Positions 10,544 to 20,762 of a stretch of DNA of 60,443 bases are shown here, piece by piece. Each line of letters opens with the position of its first letter. Positions within the stretch are counted from its first letter, which is position 1. A program made the translations under genes and the position numbers. The notes beneath the pieces were generated by a model, which saw only the letters and a list, made by a program, of their open reading frames with translations, was not told where the DNA came from and searched no databases. Where the stretch lies: positions 1 through 60,443 of the IMG/VR virus record IMGVR_UViG_3300042453_000310, one strand, 5' to 3'. Origin of the DNA: a virus. Its lineage: Duplodnaviria > Caudoviricetes.

Positions 10544-11599
10544 TTAGCCCATGTTGTAGATAGCTAAATCCGCCAAACCTGCGGGCTTGTCTCTATATTC
10601 GACATCCTCAACAGAGCCGCCTCCGGCAAACATGCCTAGTTTACTTGCTCCAATTGCAGCCGTACCTAAACCAGCCGCTTGAGACAACATTGATGGGGGT
10701 TGCTGATACATAGTCTGCGACTGCTGAGTCAAAGGTAAACCACGGATCATGTCAGACATGAAGCCCATCTGCTTGTATGGGTAGTTCTGAGAGTTCAGGT
10801 AGTCTTGGTATTGATTGTTCAATACGTTCTGTGTTTGCTGTTGCTGCTGGCCACCAAATTGGTTCTGCATACCCAAGATACCCATGTTTTGCTGGTACTG
10901 CGTATTGCCAATGTTGGCCAAGTTACTAGCGGCTTGATTGGCTGTTTGCAAGCCCTGTAGTCCCAGACCTGCACCAAACTGTTGCTGCTGAGCGTTTAGT
11001 TGGTTCTGCGTGTTGTACTGCCCCATTGCTTGGTTGTAAGCGGTATTCAACCCTTGCGCTTGAATGTCGCCCTTTTGACGAGCCAAGTTACCTGCGGCTT
11101 GCCCACGCATGAGGTAGTCGCCACTGCCACCAAACGCGCCTGAACGAGCAGCCTGCGCACCCTGTGCTTGACGGGCAATATCAGATTGACGCTGAGCATC
11201 CGCTTGTTGACGGGCAACGATGTTATCCATGTAAGGATTCATCATGCTGTTACCAGTCACATTGCCCTGCGCGTCTCGGGTAGTGGCAGCGCTAAACGCT
11301 TGGTTAAAGTCCGCTGGGTTAAATGTGTACTGCGTATTAAGTGCGCCTAACCCCGCCATACCCGCCATAGCTGTAGCATCACCCAACTGAGGAGCCGCTT
11401 TCATTAAGCCTGCGTTTTCATACGCTTGTTTCTGCAAAGGTGTGAACTGCGCTACACGATCGCCCATGTACTGCTGGAAGGGGTTGATGTCAGGATCGGT
11501 GTAAAGCTGTGCTTTACCTAACAGTTCTTCGGCGTAAGGGCGGATCGGTTCCGCAAAGCCTGTTTGGTATTCTGTTACTGCGGATGGTGCTGTAGCCAT
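10544..11599 (-). CDS. Putative internal virion / DNA-transfer (pilot) protein, Gln-rich
   Basis: 351 aa, Q/A/G-rich, GAFGGS motif, C-terminal glycine-zipper segment, located in the ejection-gene block. Confidence 0.7.
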   Translation of the reverse strand: MATAPSAVTEYQTGFAEPIRPYAEELLGKAQLYTDPDINPFQQYMGDRVAQFTPLQKQAYENAGLMKAAPQLGDATAMAGMAGLGALNTQYTFNPADFNQAFSAATTRDAQGNVTGNSMMNPYMDNIVARQQADAQRQSDIARQAQGAQAARSGAFGGSGDYLMRGQAAGNLARQKGDIQAQGLNTAYNQAMGQYNTQNQLNAQQQQFGAGLGLQGLQTANQAASNLANIGNTQYQQNMGILGMQNQFGGQQQQQTQNVLNNQYQDYLNSQNYPYKQMGFMSDMIRGLPLTQQSQTMYQQPPSMLSQAAGLGTAAIGASKLGMFAGGGSVEDVEYRDKPAGLADLAIYNMG

Positions 11600-11609
11600 G
11601 ATCTATTCC

Positions 11610-13946
11610 TTAAGCGGGAAGATATTTATCAGAGCGGCTGTTGGCCGCTACTTTGTTTTTGCCTGTGGTCTTACCTCGCGCACGTTGTACACGATCCATC
11701 ATGGCGTAAAGCTTCTTAGCGCCTGCATCAGTAGAGCCGTTGCCTAGTTCAGACACGATACGTGCAGGGATTACAAACTCACCATCGGCAAGGCGTGCGG
11801 GTTGTCGCTTGCGCCCAATCGTTGCAGGGATGCTGTCAGACACGCCATCTCCGGGGCCTTTGAGTAAACGGCCACCATCAGAGTAAGAACCAAGAGAGCC
11901 TAAACCACCGCCAATGGCGTAACCAACCATACCACCACTAGCCATTTTGCCGTACTGCACCCATCGTTTTGATGGCACATCCCATGACCACGGGCCGTTG
12001 TTGTCTTCGGATGGCGCTTTTGTAGGGTCTGTTAAATCAAAGCTAACTCCACCAACAACGGCGGTATCACCAGCAACGGTTTCTTTTGTATCTGTTTTCT
12101 TAACGGCAGGTTTTAAACCCACAGTCTTTTTACCCAACGCGTACTCAGCGTACGGCACAGCCATTTGAGAAGTTAGAGATTTAGCAGGATACTTACCGCC
12201 GCCTTTACCCATGAGGTAGTCGTAAGCGGCCAGTGAGTCCCCGGTCTGCTTGTTGTACAGTTGGTTAAACTCGTTAATATCTTTTGGTGCTTTTGATGTG
12301 TAGCCCAAGCTGCCGCCACCGGCGGTGTATCTGCTTTTGAGTTCCTCAATGCCCGTGAACCCGCCTGTTGGACGACCGGGGATGTTAGGTGTAACTGTGC
12401 GTGAGCCATCGGGGTTTGTGATGATGTCACCGGGAGTGGCAATGGATACGGTATTACCACGATAGTCTACACCCGTAGCAGGGCCAGAGCCATAGTAACC
12501 ATCAGGATTTACGCCTGTGGGTGGTGGAGGTTTAACCGCCGTACTTGCTCGTGCGGCATCATACCGACGCGCAACATCGTTCAAAGACAATCCTGTTTCC
12601 CGAGCAATATCCTCAATCTGTTGCGCACGATCTCCTACAAATTTTCCAGCATCGTACTGTTTGAGGAAGTCAACATCTTTTGCAAGATCGGTGCCTCCAG
12701 CTTTACCGTACTCATACGTATCAAACTGCTTGGCAACACCAAAAGCTCTTTTTAAAGCGTTAAGACCCGCTTCGCCAGTTTGCGCATCAAAAGCGTAGTT
12801 TGGGTTTTGTGCTTGTTCAGCAGCAAACAACTCGTTAGCGTCAATACCACTTTTTGTAAAAGCATCATAGTACTTTTGCGCACCGGAGCCTGCTGCGGTT
12901 TGAGTTGGGTCAAGGTAACCCGAAGACACTTGAGTAATGGCTCGACTTACAGCAGTGGGGTCTGCGTTAAATTGTTTAGTAGCGGCTGCAATATCTACAT
13001 TGGGGTTATCAGTTAAGTACTTATTAATTTCTTCGTTTGAGTACTGCGTATAACCGCCATCAGCCAAAGCCACGATACCGCCTGTTGCCATAGGAGTTGT
13101 TTGTTGCTGCGGGGGTTGGTTTAAAGACCCTACGCCAAGTTCATACGGATTTGGGTTCTGTTGTCTAAATAAATCGCGCTGGCCTTGGAAGGTTTTGTTT
13201 CCAAACTCACTGGCTTTGACGGGTGTCATAGCGCGTACACCATACAACGGGTCAGGCTTGCCTGTGTCTGGGTTAATGTTGAAATCAAACTGACGGATAT
13301 AACCAGTGTCTTTTGGGTCTGGCATCTTAGTCGTTGGCTGCATTGCCAACAAGGGGGCGGCGGCCATGCCTATATTGCCAAGGTTTTGTTTGGCAAAAGC
13401 CCCCATAGCTGCTGGGTTTGCGGTAGCTGAATTAAATCCAGCAGACAATACGTCAGCTCTAGGTGCAGCGGCAATAGCTTGCGTAGCTCCAAACCCACTC
13501 TCAGGAGAGCCAATAGGCCCTTGAATACCTTCTGCCGCAGCACCAATAGCTGTTTCGCCAGCACCCATCATACTAGCGCCAAGACCTGCTCCACCATACG
13601 CACCCAATCCGGCCATGAGGCCGCGAGACAAACTGCCAGTAGCTAAAGCAGTGATACCGCCCGTAGCAATACCTGCCGACATTGCGCTAGACAAACCGCC
13701 AAAAGTTAGACCCATACCAGCAGGGCCAAGGAATGCGCCAAGGGCAATAGGGGCAACAGCTTTAAACAAATCAGACAACATGCCCGCTTCGGGTAAACCC
13801 GTAGTAGGGTTCATGGTCAGCGTTGTGCCGTTAGCTTGGGCAAACTTTTGTAGATTTCGGACTTCGTCCGGCGTCATGTGTACAAGTAAAGAGTCTTCAC
13901 CGCGGCCATTGGCGGCTACCTGTTCGGCAAACTTATGTAGGCTCAT
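11610..13946 (-). CDS. Putative internal virion protein
   Basis: 778 aa; N-terminal GRGEDSLLVHMTPDEV...NPTTGLPE, glycine-zipper region, C-terminal GPGDGVSDSIPA...LADGEFVIPA domain of the kind seen in phage ejection and tape-measure proteins. Confidence 0.72.
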   Translation of the reverse strand: MSLHKFAEQVAANGRGEDSLLVHMTPDEVRNLQKFAQANGTTLTMNPTTGLPEAGMLSDLFKAVAPIALGAFLGPAGMGLTFGGLSSAMSAGIATGGITALATGSLSRGLMAGLGAYGGAGLGASMMGAGETAIGAAAEGIQGPIGSPESGFGATQAIAAAPRADVLSAGFNSATANPAAMGAFAKQNLGNIGMAAAPLLAMQPTTKMPDPKDTGYIRQFDFNINPDTGKPDPLYGVRAMTPVKASEFGNKTFQGQRDLFRQQNPNPYELGVGSLNQPPQQQTTPMATGGIVALADGGYTQYSNEEINKYLTDNPNVDIAAATKQFNADPTAVSRAITQVSSGYLDPTQTAAGSGAQKYYDAFTKSGIDANELFAAEQAQNPNYAFDAQTGEAGLNALKRAFGVAKQFDTYEYGKAGGTDLAKDVDFLKQYDAGKFVGDRAQQIEDIARETGLSLNDVARRYDAARASTAVKPPPPTGVNPDGYYGSGPATGVDYRGNTVSIATPGDIITNPDGSRTVTPNIPGRPTGGFTGIEELKSRYTAGGGSLGYTSKAPKDINEFNQLYNKQTGDSLAAYDYLMGKGGGKYPAKSLTSQMAVPYAEYALGKKTVGLKPAVKKTDTKETVAGDTAVVGGVSFDLTDPTKAPSEDNNGPWSWDVPSKRWVQYGKMASGGMVGYAIGGGLGSLGSYSDGGRLLKGPGDGVSDSIPATIGRKRQPARLADGEFVIPARIVSELGNGSTDAGAKKLYAMMDRVQRARGKTTGKNKVAANSRSDKYLPA

Positions 13947-13980
13947 TTTTGCCTCTCAAAATGGGGGTTGATTGAGTTTA

Positions 13981-14622
13981 TCATGTTGAGAGCGCAGACA
14001 CAAACGAAAGTGTGGCTACAACGGATTGAGTAGCTGGCTTAGTGGGTGTACCGGAAGCGGCAAGGTGTTGAATAGTCACATCGGTAGTAGGTACAGACCA
14101 GTAAATCTCAATGTAGTCATTCGCTGCCATGTTTAAAAAATAGTTCCAGCCAACAATTGAGTGACCGTCCGTACCAGCGTGTCTGTTTGGAATAGATACA
14201 AACCCCGTTGACCCTGTAATATCCGCACCATTTTGTTTTAACCAAATGTAAACATCTTGAAAAGCAGTGTCTGTGTTTTGGAACTGCGCACTAAACTGCA
14301 AGTTGTATATGCCAGCGTTGGCTACAGTAATCTCTGAGTTTGCAATACTTACCTCGTTAGCAAAATCGGTGGTGTTGAATGTCATCAACGTGGCGGTGTT
14401 GGCTACAGCCGTCTGGTCTTGGTCGCTTGAAAATGCGCCATACGGAAACGCTACATACTTACCACCAGTCGGGCCAAATAACTCACCAAACGCATTTTGC
14501 AGTTGATTAAAATACAGGCGTAAGACGTTTGTAAATTGATCTTGATACCGGCGTTCGTACTTATCCGTACCCAACGGTAAGTTGGGTGGCGCGGGGGTAA
14601 TAATCCTGTTTTTGGATGTCAT
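13981..14622 (-). CDS. Tail-associated structural protein
   Basis: 213 aa, start overlaps the previous stop; beta-rich C-terminal domain (GIYNLQFSAQF, DYIEIYW) of C1q/BclA type. Confidence 0.6.
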   Translation of the reverse strand: MTSKNRIITPAPPNLPLGTDKYERRYQDQFTNVLRLYFNQLQNAFGELFGPTGGKYVAFPYGAFSSDQDQTAVANTATLMTFNTTDFANEVSIANSEITVANAGIYNLQFSAQFQNTDTAFQDVYIWLKQNGADITGSTGFVSIPNRHAGTDGHSIVGWNYFLNMAANDYIEIYWSVPTTDVTIQHLAASGTPTKPATQSVVATLSFVSALST

Positions 14623-16730
14623 CAGCGTCTGCCGTCAGGTCTGATATCTATACGCGGAGCGCCCAGTTGCCAGCAAGTGTTGATTTGGTTTGAGCTAATT
14701 TTAAATATCATCTGGCGACCGCGCATACGGGTAAAGATCATGCCGGTGAACTGTTCTGTAATAACGTATGTACTACTCTTAGCTACAGGTTGTGAAGCTG
14801 TACTTGTAACCCCAGAGCCAGAATTAGCCAAACCGTACAACGTCATAGCCACTGAAGGCACAGCGCCAGCAGGGGTGTTCTCAGCGTTCTCAAAAGTCAA
14901 GTCAGGTAAGACGCGCCACACAAAACCAAAGTTATGGCCGTCACCAATATCAAACTCAGACGAGCTAATGTAAGCGTCAATTGCAACAGCGGTGCCGGTC
15001 GTATCATCGTTCAGCCCCGTTTCGTGGTTAATCAAGTTGCCTGTTAACGTAGCCGTAGTGTAGTTTGCCGCAATAGGAACAGACTGCAAACCAGAGTCAA
15101 GCCAAGCAGTTCGAGACATGGTGCCGTAGTACCATATTTTTTCCATATAGTTATAGATGACATACCTGTCGATAGCCGACGCGCTGGCTGAGCAATAGAA
15201 CCACCAGACCTCATTAAAGCCCTCGTTTGTCCCTGCAAATACTTGCAGTGATTGCTCTTGGTTAAGGTCACCAAACACAAAACGACGCAAGTCACAATTC
15301 AAAGTGTTTACACGGCCATCATAGGAATAGAACTTGTCCACGCCCATCCAGTACACGATACCTGAAGCAATCACAGCCGAGTTAGGACTCATGATTGAGA
15401 TGTTGTCACCAAGCAACTGCGGTACCCACACGTACGGGGGGCCAAGATACTGGAGTGAATATATAGCCGAGTCGGTAAACATCACAATCTCTTGACGAGT
15501 CTGAACCGTAGCAACAATCTCAGAGCCGTGAGATATACGTATAAACCCTGCTTGGTTTGTAGGGTCAGGTGTCCAGTTATAAATATCGTCTTGCGCTGAC
15601 CAGCGAATCAGCATGGGGTCAAGCGTAGCTGAGCCGTAATCGTTACAGCCAAACGCAATTACAAAGCGTGATGTGTCAGACACGGTCATGTTGTTTTGAA
15701 TTGTAGGCACATCCACAATCAGAGACACATACACCCCCGTGCCTGTACTTGAAGTGTTGACCGCTGCACCCGCAGAATCAAGTAATTTAAACGTCAACCC
15801 GTTTACTTCAAACACATAATATGTAGTTGTAGCAGATATACCCGTAGGGAGTGACGTAGTAGCAGCAAACTGAAGCGCAGCGCCTTCTGTAAACAAAACA
15901 GTTGAAGTCACCACAGTTGGTGAAGCATTGGTAAATGTAACTGTACCGCCCAGAGAATTAAGTAGTACGCCACGGGCTGTTAATGTAGGTGCTTCCCAAT
16001 AGTAAATACCTCCTGTACGGGGGCCAAAAACTAAATCTTCGCCGTAATTGATTTGGTTCCACAAACGCAGTGATGATGTAGATGTCCCACCGATGCCCCA
16101 TGTTGTACCCGTCTCACCCCAAGAACCAGCGCCCCAACCAACCAAAGGGATTTGAAACGCTGGGCCAACACTGATTTCGTATGCTGCTACAACAGAAGCA
16201 CCACCACCGGGAGAAACGTCTGAACCGTTGGCCGTGGCTGTAGCGGTAAACGTGTAAGTGTTAGAAGTTAAAACAGTAACTTGATAATTGGCATTCAACA
16301 CTGTTGCGGTGATGTTCCCGCCTAAACCTACAGCGCCACTGAAAGTTACAAAATCCCCAGTAACACAACCATGCGCTGTGTCCGTAACGGTGATTGTGGC
16401 TGAGCCATTCGTAGCCGCAAAAGGGTTATTGTTAATTGTGGAAGTTGCCCGGATAGGCGTGATGTCGTAATATGCACTGCCATTTTCTAAGTAAAACTTA
16501 AGATTTGTGCCAACACCCACAATGTTTCTGCCATCAAGCAACACCCAATTCCACAGGGAACGGCATGCGCCTTGGAACGTAGCGGCAGAGAAAGGTTGCC
16601 AGCCGCCAATAACTTCTGGATTGCCTTGACGAAATCGCACCTTGTCGGCTTCGTACCAACCGCCTTCTGTGGTGTAGCGGGTGTTTTCTTTATTTACCCC
16701 CGGCTTAAACAGTATTTTTTGTAATGGCAT
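14622..16730 (-). CDS. Tail nozzle / head stabilisation protein (P22 gp10 / tail tubular B-like)
   Basis: 702 aa, beta-propeller-like repeats (LIRWSAQDD, NEVWWFY, YVIYNY), C-terminal RIDIRPDGRR; Thr-rich inserted domains. Confidence 0.7.
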   Translation of the reverse strand: MPLQKILFKPGVNKENTRYTTEGGWYEADKVRFRQGNPEVIGGWQPFSAATFQGACRSLWNWVLLDGRNIVGVGTNLKFYLENGSAYYDITPIRATSTINNNPFAATNGSATITVTDTAHGCVTGDFVTFSGAVGLGGNITATVLNANYQVTVLTSNTYTFTATATANGSDVSPGGGASVVAAYEISVGPAFQIPLVGWGAGSWGETGTTWGIGGTSTSSLRLWNQINYGEDLVFGPRTGGIYYWEAPTLTARGVLLNSLGGTVTFTNASPTVVTSTVLFTEGAALQFAATTSLPTGISATTTYYVFEVNGLTFKLLDSAGAAVNTSSTGTGVYVSLIVDVPTIQNNMTVSDTSRFVIAFGCNDYGSATLDPMLIRWSAQDDIYNWTPDPTNQAGFIRISHGSEIVATVQTRQEIVMFTDSAIYSLQYLGPPYVWVPQLLGDNISIMSPNSAVIASGIVYWMGVDKFYSYDGRVNTLNCDLRRFVFGDLNQEQSLQVFAGTNEGFNEVWWFYCSASASAIDRYVIYNYMEKIWYYGTMSRTAWLDSGLQSVPIAANYTTATLTGNLINHETGLNDDTTGTAVAIDAYISSSEFDIGDGHNFGFVWRVLPDLTFENAENTPAGAVPSVAMTLYGLANSGSGVTSTASQPVAKSSTYVITEQFTGMIFTRMRGRQMIFKISSNQINTCWQLGAPRIDIRPDGRR

Positions 16731-16739
16731 GGGCTACCT

Positions 16740-17177
16740 TTATTTACTGGCAACGCCTTTGGTCTTCTCAAAAGAACGCATACCGGCAATGCCCAAGATG
16801 CCTGATAATATCACCCAAAGCTGGTCTGCGTCTAGTACCGGAGGGGGATCCATGCCGACAGGAACCCAGCCCATAGCCTGCAAGTATTTCCACGCCCACT
16901 GAAACAACGGGTAGAGCAGGAACTGATAGCCCATAGCCGCCACACCAATCCAACCGATGGCTGGCCTCCAGCCTGAAACAAACACATTAGATGACGCAGC
17001 TTCAATCTTGTTGACCTCAATCTGCGCTAGGTCTGTGGCTTGGTCAATGCGCTTCTCTTCCAGATCGAGCTTACGTTGCTCAATCTCCATTTCCATCTTT
17101 TCTTTGTCGGTGGTAATCAGGTCGCCTGCAACCTTACCAACAGCTTCAATAATTGATCCAACGGCAAGCAAGCTCAT
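16740..17177 (-). CDS. Holin (3-TM, GTA-holin type)
   Basis: FVSGWRPAIGW and LGIAGMRSFEK motifs, hydrophobic helices, next to the endolysin; ATG at 17177 overlaps the endolysin stop. Confidence 0.8.
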   Translation of the reverse strand: MSLLAVGSIIEAVGKVAGDLITTDKEKMEMEIEQRKLDLEEKRIDQATDLAQIEVNKIEAASSNVFVSGWRPAIGWIGVAAMGYQFLLYPLFQWAWKYLQAMGWVPVGMDPPPVLDADQLWVILSGILGIAGMRSFEKTKGVASK

Positions 17178-17689
17178 TTCAAACCTTTCAATGTACGGTT
17201 CAGCCAACCCTTCAGGAACTTAACCTGCACGGGGTTCTTGTTGCAGATCTCTACGTACCGCGCAATCTTGGCTAAAGCGTACTGCTCTTTAAACCTTTGG
17301 CCGTCAGGTATCTGGTTAAGTTTCTCAACGGTCTTAGCCCCAATACCGCCGTCTGGCGTAGCACCAACAACCAACTGGGCCAGCTTGACCGCCATGCCCA
17401 TGCCTGCGTTTACACCAAAATTAAAGATGGTGTTGGCTACGTCTTGATTGCTGATCTCATTGCCACGCATCTTGTCCCAAAACTCCACACGGTAGAACTC
17501 ACGCACCATAGGCGTCAAAGAGCCGCCCATTTCCTTTTTGTCCACTAGCGCCCAGCCGGGCCACTGCGGATTCTTGTTACGGGCAATGCCAGCGTAGGTC
17601 ATGCCACCCGTGTCGCCGGGGACTTCATGGAGAACGTAGCCACCCTCGTCCTGCATCATCTGCTCAAAGGCTGGTTCAAACTGGGCCAT
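17174..17689 (-). CDS. Endolysin, glycoside hydrolase family 108 with peptidoglycan-binding C-terminus
   Basis: EGGY...D.GG.T..GI motif, DGGIGAKT, FLKGWLNR. Confidence 0.9.
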   Translation of the reverse strand: MAQFEPAFEQMMQDEGGYVLHEVPGDTGGMTYAGIARNKNPQWPGWALVDKKEMGGSLTPMVREFYRVEFWDKMRGNEISNQDVANTIFNFGVNAGMGMAVKLAQLVVGATPDGGIGAKTVEKLNQIPDGQRFKEQYALAKIARYVEICNKNPVQVKFLKGWLNRTLKGLK

Positions 17690-17699
17690 TTATAGTCCT

Positions 17700-18311
17700 T
17701 TACTGTTTGCTTTTACTAAGCATGTTACTGGCAATCTGTAGCATCCCCATTGCCTTGGTTAAATCTTTGGGTTCTTTATCCCAACCCACCGTAATCTGAC
17801 CAACAAACCTACCCTGCTCTGGGGGGACGCTAACACGGCATCCAAACTTCACACCTTTGTCGATGTACCAAAGGCCAATTTCACTCTGCGGTACGTTGTA
17901 TTCACTGCAAGGAATCTCATTTGCCATTAAAGCTACAACATCGCGGTTGTTGGCTGAACTCTGTGTAAACAGCCCCACATCCAATCCTTCGTGCGTTCTT
18001 TCCCTGCCTTCGCGGGTATAGGCGCGGTACAAAATCCTTGTACCAAACAGTGGGTTAACTTTAAAGATAGCAACTACCGTGGCATTGGTGTTTTTAAACA
18101 GGTGCGCTGCAACATCTTCTGCCCTGTCTTCTGCAATAGCGGGTAGCTTCTTGTTTTCTTTATACGCTTCAAATAGGAACGCTTGGTTCTGCCAAATGAA
18201 ATAACCAGAAAAAGCAAACACCGCCATGAGTACCAAGGCAAACAACTTGAACGGGCTATCCACATAGGACAACACCTTACTTAAAACGTCTGCTGGCTTT
18301 TCTTCACTCAC
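17700..18311 (-). CDS. Single-TM membrane protein with a GAF-like C-terminal domain (possible T4 T-like holin)
   Basis: 203 aa, N-terminal TM helix, C-terminal GCRVSVPP...GQITVGW, inside the lysis cluster. Confidence 0.55.
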   Translation of the reverse strand: MSEEKPADVLSKVLSYVDSPFKLFALVLMAVFAFSGYFIWQNQAFLFEAYKENKKLPAIAEDRAEDVAAHLFKNTNATVVAIFKVNPLFGTRILYRAYTREGRERTHEGLDVGLFTQSSANNRDVVALMANEIPCSEYNVPQSEIGLWYIDKGVKFGCRVSVPPEQGRFVGQITVGWDKEPKDLTKAMGMLQIASNMLSKSKQ

Positions 18312-18457
18312 AATCCCATCCTTCCAAGTAGCGCATTCACAATGCGGTCTGAAATAAAGTTTGGCAACACTGTAATCACATCCAAAAACAAGTTAGCCGC
18401 CCACCACGCACCGACAATCTTGAACGCCATGTCTGCTTGCTTCTGGTACTCATTCAC
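18308..18457 (-). CDS. Small hydrophobic protein (49 aa, not in ORF track)
   Basis: GTG start overlapping the upstream stop; MNEYQKQADMAFKIVGAWWAANLFLDVITVLPNFISDRIVNALLGRMGL; its stop overlaps the next start. Confidence 0.65.
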   Translation of the reverse strand: MNEYQKQADMAFKIVGAWWAANLFLDVITVLPNFISDRIVNALLGRMGL

Positions 18458-18945
18458 CGACCACACCTATTTTGAGCGCAATGGTCTAGCACTTCAAAAA
18501 TACCATAAGCAGAAAGCAAAAGGGCTAAAACTAGCCCTCCAATTAGCAACCCCAGTTCTAGGTCTTCTTGGTCTGCTTTCTTTTTACGTTCAGCCGCTTC
18601 TCTTTCACGCCTAGCGTTGTGCGCATCTTCTATATCACTTGCGGCGGCTCTGGCTTTAATCCTAGCCCACACGTCCATTTTATTTGCTTGGAAGAACAGT
18701 AACTCCACGCTTTTTTCAAAATCACGGGCTTGCTCCAAAGCCAACTCAATCTGCAAAGCCGTGCCCATAGAAGAGCCGCCCTTTTTCTTTGACTCTGCAA
18801 CCGCTTTGGTAGCATCAGACTTAGCGTTAAAGTATTTACCGAGCAGTGGGCCAAGCGAAGCTACGTCATCAACCGTCTTGGACGCTTGCTTAATGAGTTT
18901 GACAGCCGACTGTATGCCAGCTAGAGCCGTTAATGGATCAATCAC
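18454..18945 (-). CDS. Hypothetical coiled-coil protein with C-terminal TM helix
   Basis: 163-aa ORF starting MIDPLTALA, tightly coupled to its neighbours. Confidence 0.75.
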   Translation of the reverse strand: MIDPLTALAGIQSAVKLIKQASKTVDDVASLGPLLGKYFNAKSDATKAVAESKKKGGSSMGTALQIELALEQARDFEKSVELLFFQANKMDVWARIKARAAASDIEDAHNARREREAAERKKKADQEDLELGLLIGGLVLALLLSAYGIFEVLDHCAQNRCGR

Positions 18946-19034
18946 GGAAAGGCCCAGAGAACAATATAACTGCCCGCTATGATGAAGCAGACTAAACAGG
19001 CTGCGGCAATGAATGCTTCAGCCCAGTCCCACAT
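18942..19034 (-). CDS. Small TM protein (30 aa, not in ORF track)
   Basis: MWDWAEAFIAAACLVCFIIAGSYIVLWAFP; fills the gap exactly and its stop overlaps the next GTG. Confidence 0.55.
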   Translation of the reverse strand: MWDWAEAFIAAACLVCFIIAGSYIVLWAFP

Positions 19035-19036
19035 GG

Positions 19037-19270
19037 CTACAACGCTTGAATTTGGGCTGACAAGGCGTTTAGTTGCACAAGCAGCTCTTCTTTAGTAGGT
19101 GTTGTTACAGTAGGCTCAACTACTACAGGCGCAGTAAATACGCCATCAGCATAAGTCCAATTTGGCCCTGCATCTGGACACTCCACTAGCGTTTGATTGG
19201 GTGCAAGTTCTGGTTGTCCAACAACAACATTAACTACTAAACCATTTTCAATAATTGCATATCTGTTCAT
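19037..19270 (-). CDS. Small tail-fibre-associated protein
   Basis: MNRYAIIENGLVVNVVV...WTYADGVFTAP; GAGG RBS; follows the Gly-rich fibre gene. Confidence 0.7.
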   Translation of the reverse strand: MNRYAIIENGLVVNVVVGQPELAPNQTLVECPDAGPNWTYADGVFTAPVVVEPTVTTPTKEELLVQLNALSAQIQAL

Positions 19271-19277
19271 AACAACC

Positions 19278-20276
19278 TCAGAATGTGTAAATAATGGCGT
19301 AACCATCACCACCAACAGCGCCAGCGCCAGAGGCTTGACCATTGAAAGAAGCCCCACCACCGCCACCACCTGCCGCACGAGCGCCAACAGCACCTGATCC
19401 ACCAGTTCCAGCAGCACTAGAACCGCCACCACCACCGCCAGAGCCAGAATTATTGCTCTTGACAGTGCCAGCAGTACCTGAAGTGTTGATTGCTCCACCA
19501 GCTCCACCACCTCCTGATGAATATGACATTGCGTCGCCACCAGCACCGCCAGCACTTGCCGTGTTGGCAGTATCTAATCCTCCACCACCACCGCCACCAG
19601 CGCCTCCATATATGGAACTACCGCCCGCTATTGAGCCGATGCCATCTGGAGAAGAACCCCCGCCAGCACCACCACCCCATTCAGCATTGCCTACTGAAGC
19701 TCCACCATTTGCAGCACCACCACCGCCCACACTGTTATTGAGGCCAACAGTAGTACCGCCAAAAGCACTTGCGCTTTGCGGAGCGCCACCACTTGAGTTA
19801 TTAGCACCAGTGCCTCCTGAACCGCCAGTGCCGCCACCACCACCACCACCAACATAATTAGATACACTGTTTTGACCGCCAGGGCCTGCACCGCCTCCAT
19901 AGCTAGTTAGAAAAGCACCAAAAGTTGTATTACCTCCAGCACTACCATTATTACCATTTGTGTCATTTGCTGTTATTGCCGCACCAGCACCACCACCTGC
20001 TCCAATGCTTACAGCTACTGTAGGCGTAAGGTCAGAAGCCATGAACATGAGCCTTGATCGTGCGCCACCACCGCCACCACCACCGCCTTGACGTACAGAG
20101 CCACTACCACCTCTGCGACCAGAACCACCACCGCCACCCGCACCCCATAGTTCTACAATAACAAAATTAGCATTTGGCGGCTTGACCCATCGACCTGATG
20201 ATGAAAATGTTTTTACGTCAGCGGCACGATTAGTTACAGCATAGTTAAATGCGCCGGGTTGATTGGACTGTGCCAT
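19278..20276 (-). CDS. Glycine-rich tail fibre/spike domain protein
   Basis: TFSSSGRWVKP...VELWGAGGGGG...GAVGGDGYAIIY architecture; ATG at 20276. Confidence 0.8.
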   Translation of the reverse strand: MAQSNQPGAFNYAVTNRAADVKTFSSSGRWVKPPNANFVIVELWGAGGGGGSGRRGGSGSVRQGGGGGGGGARSRLMFMASDLTPTVAVSIGAGGGAGAAITANDTNGNNGSAGGNTTFGAFLTSYGGGAGPGGQNSVSNYVGGGGGGGTGGSGGTGANNSSGGAPQSASAFGGTTVGLNNSVGGGGAANGGASVGNAEWGGGAGGGSSPDGIGSIAGGSSIYGGAGGGGGGGLDTANTASAGGAGGDAMSYSSGGGGAGGAINTSGTAGTVKSNNSGSGGGGGGSSAAGTGGSGAVGARAAGGGGGGASFNGQASGAGAVGGDGYAIIYTF

Positions 20277-20277
20277 T

Positions 20278-20760
20278 TTAGTAATTTCCACCAAATGCAG
20301 AAACAGCGATAGCAATGTTTGTACCGCCAGCCGCTACTGTTGTGCCCGCATAAATTCTGTATGTTGCAGGGATATTCAAACCCACATTAGGAATAGTCAA
20401 TGGGTAAGTTGTTAAAGCAGACGTTCCCAAAGCAGTAACAGCAGTTGCGGGGATAGCAACTTCACCCAAGAAGATATTGTTTGTGGCCGTGGTATTGACT
20501 GAAGCATTGTTGATCCAAAAACGAACCACCGTTGCTGATGATGTGCCAGAAGCCGTAGCCCCATTGGTTGAAGCCAAACGACACATAACTTGATCAATGC
20601 GAGAGCCATCAGCCCCAGCAGTAAAGACCAGTGCTAAAGCAGTCCCTGCGGCTTCTGTGCCATCAAAGGCTTTTGTGTTTGTCATTGCTGTGCTAAGAAC
20701 AGCATTTAATGCCCCTACGTTAGGGGTCTGTGTGAATACGGGTGTTGATGTAACTGCCAT
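20278..20760 (-). CDS. Virion structural protein (tail-associated)
   Basis: 160 aa, Ala/Thr-rich beta protein, GGAGG RBS. Confidence 0.7.
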   Translation of the reverse strand: MAVTSTPVFTQTPNVGALNAVLSTAMTNTKAFDGTEAAGTALALVFTAGADGSRIDQVMCRLASTNGATASGTSSATVVRFWINNASVNTTATNNIFLGEVAIPATAVTALGTSALTTYPLTIPNVGLNIPATYRIYAGTTVAAGGTNIAIAVSAFGGNY

Positions 20761-20762
20761 GA

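Noticed and set aside
19342-19857. Poly-proline plus-strand ORF
   Set aside because: Antisense mirror of GGT/GGC codons in the glycine-rich fibre gene.
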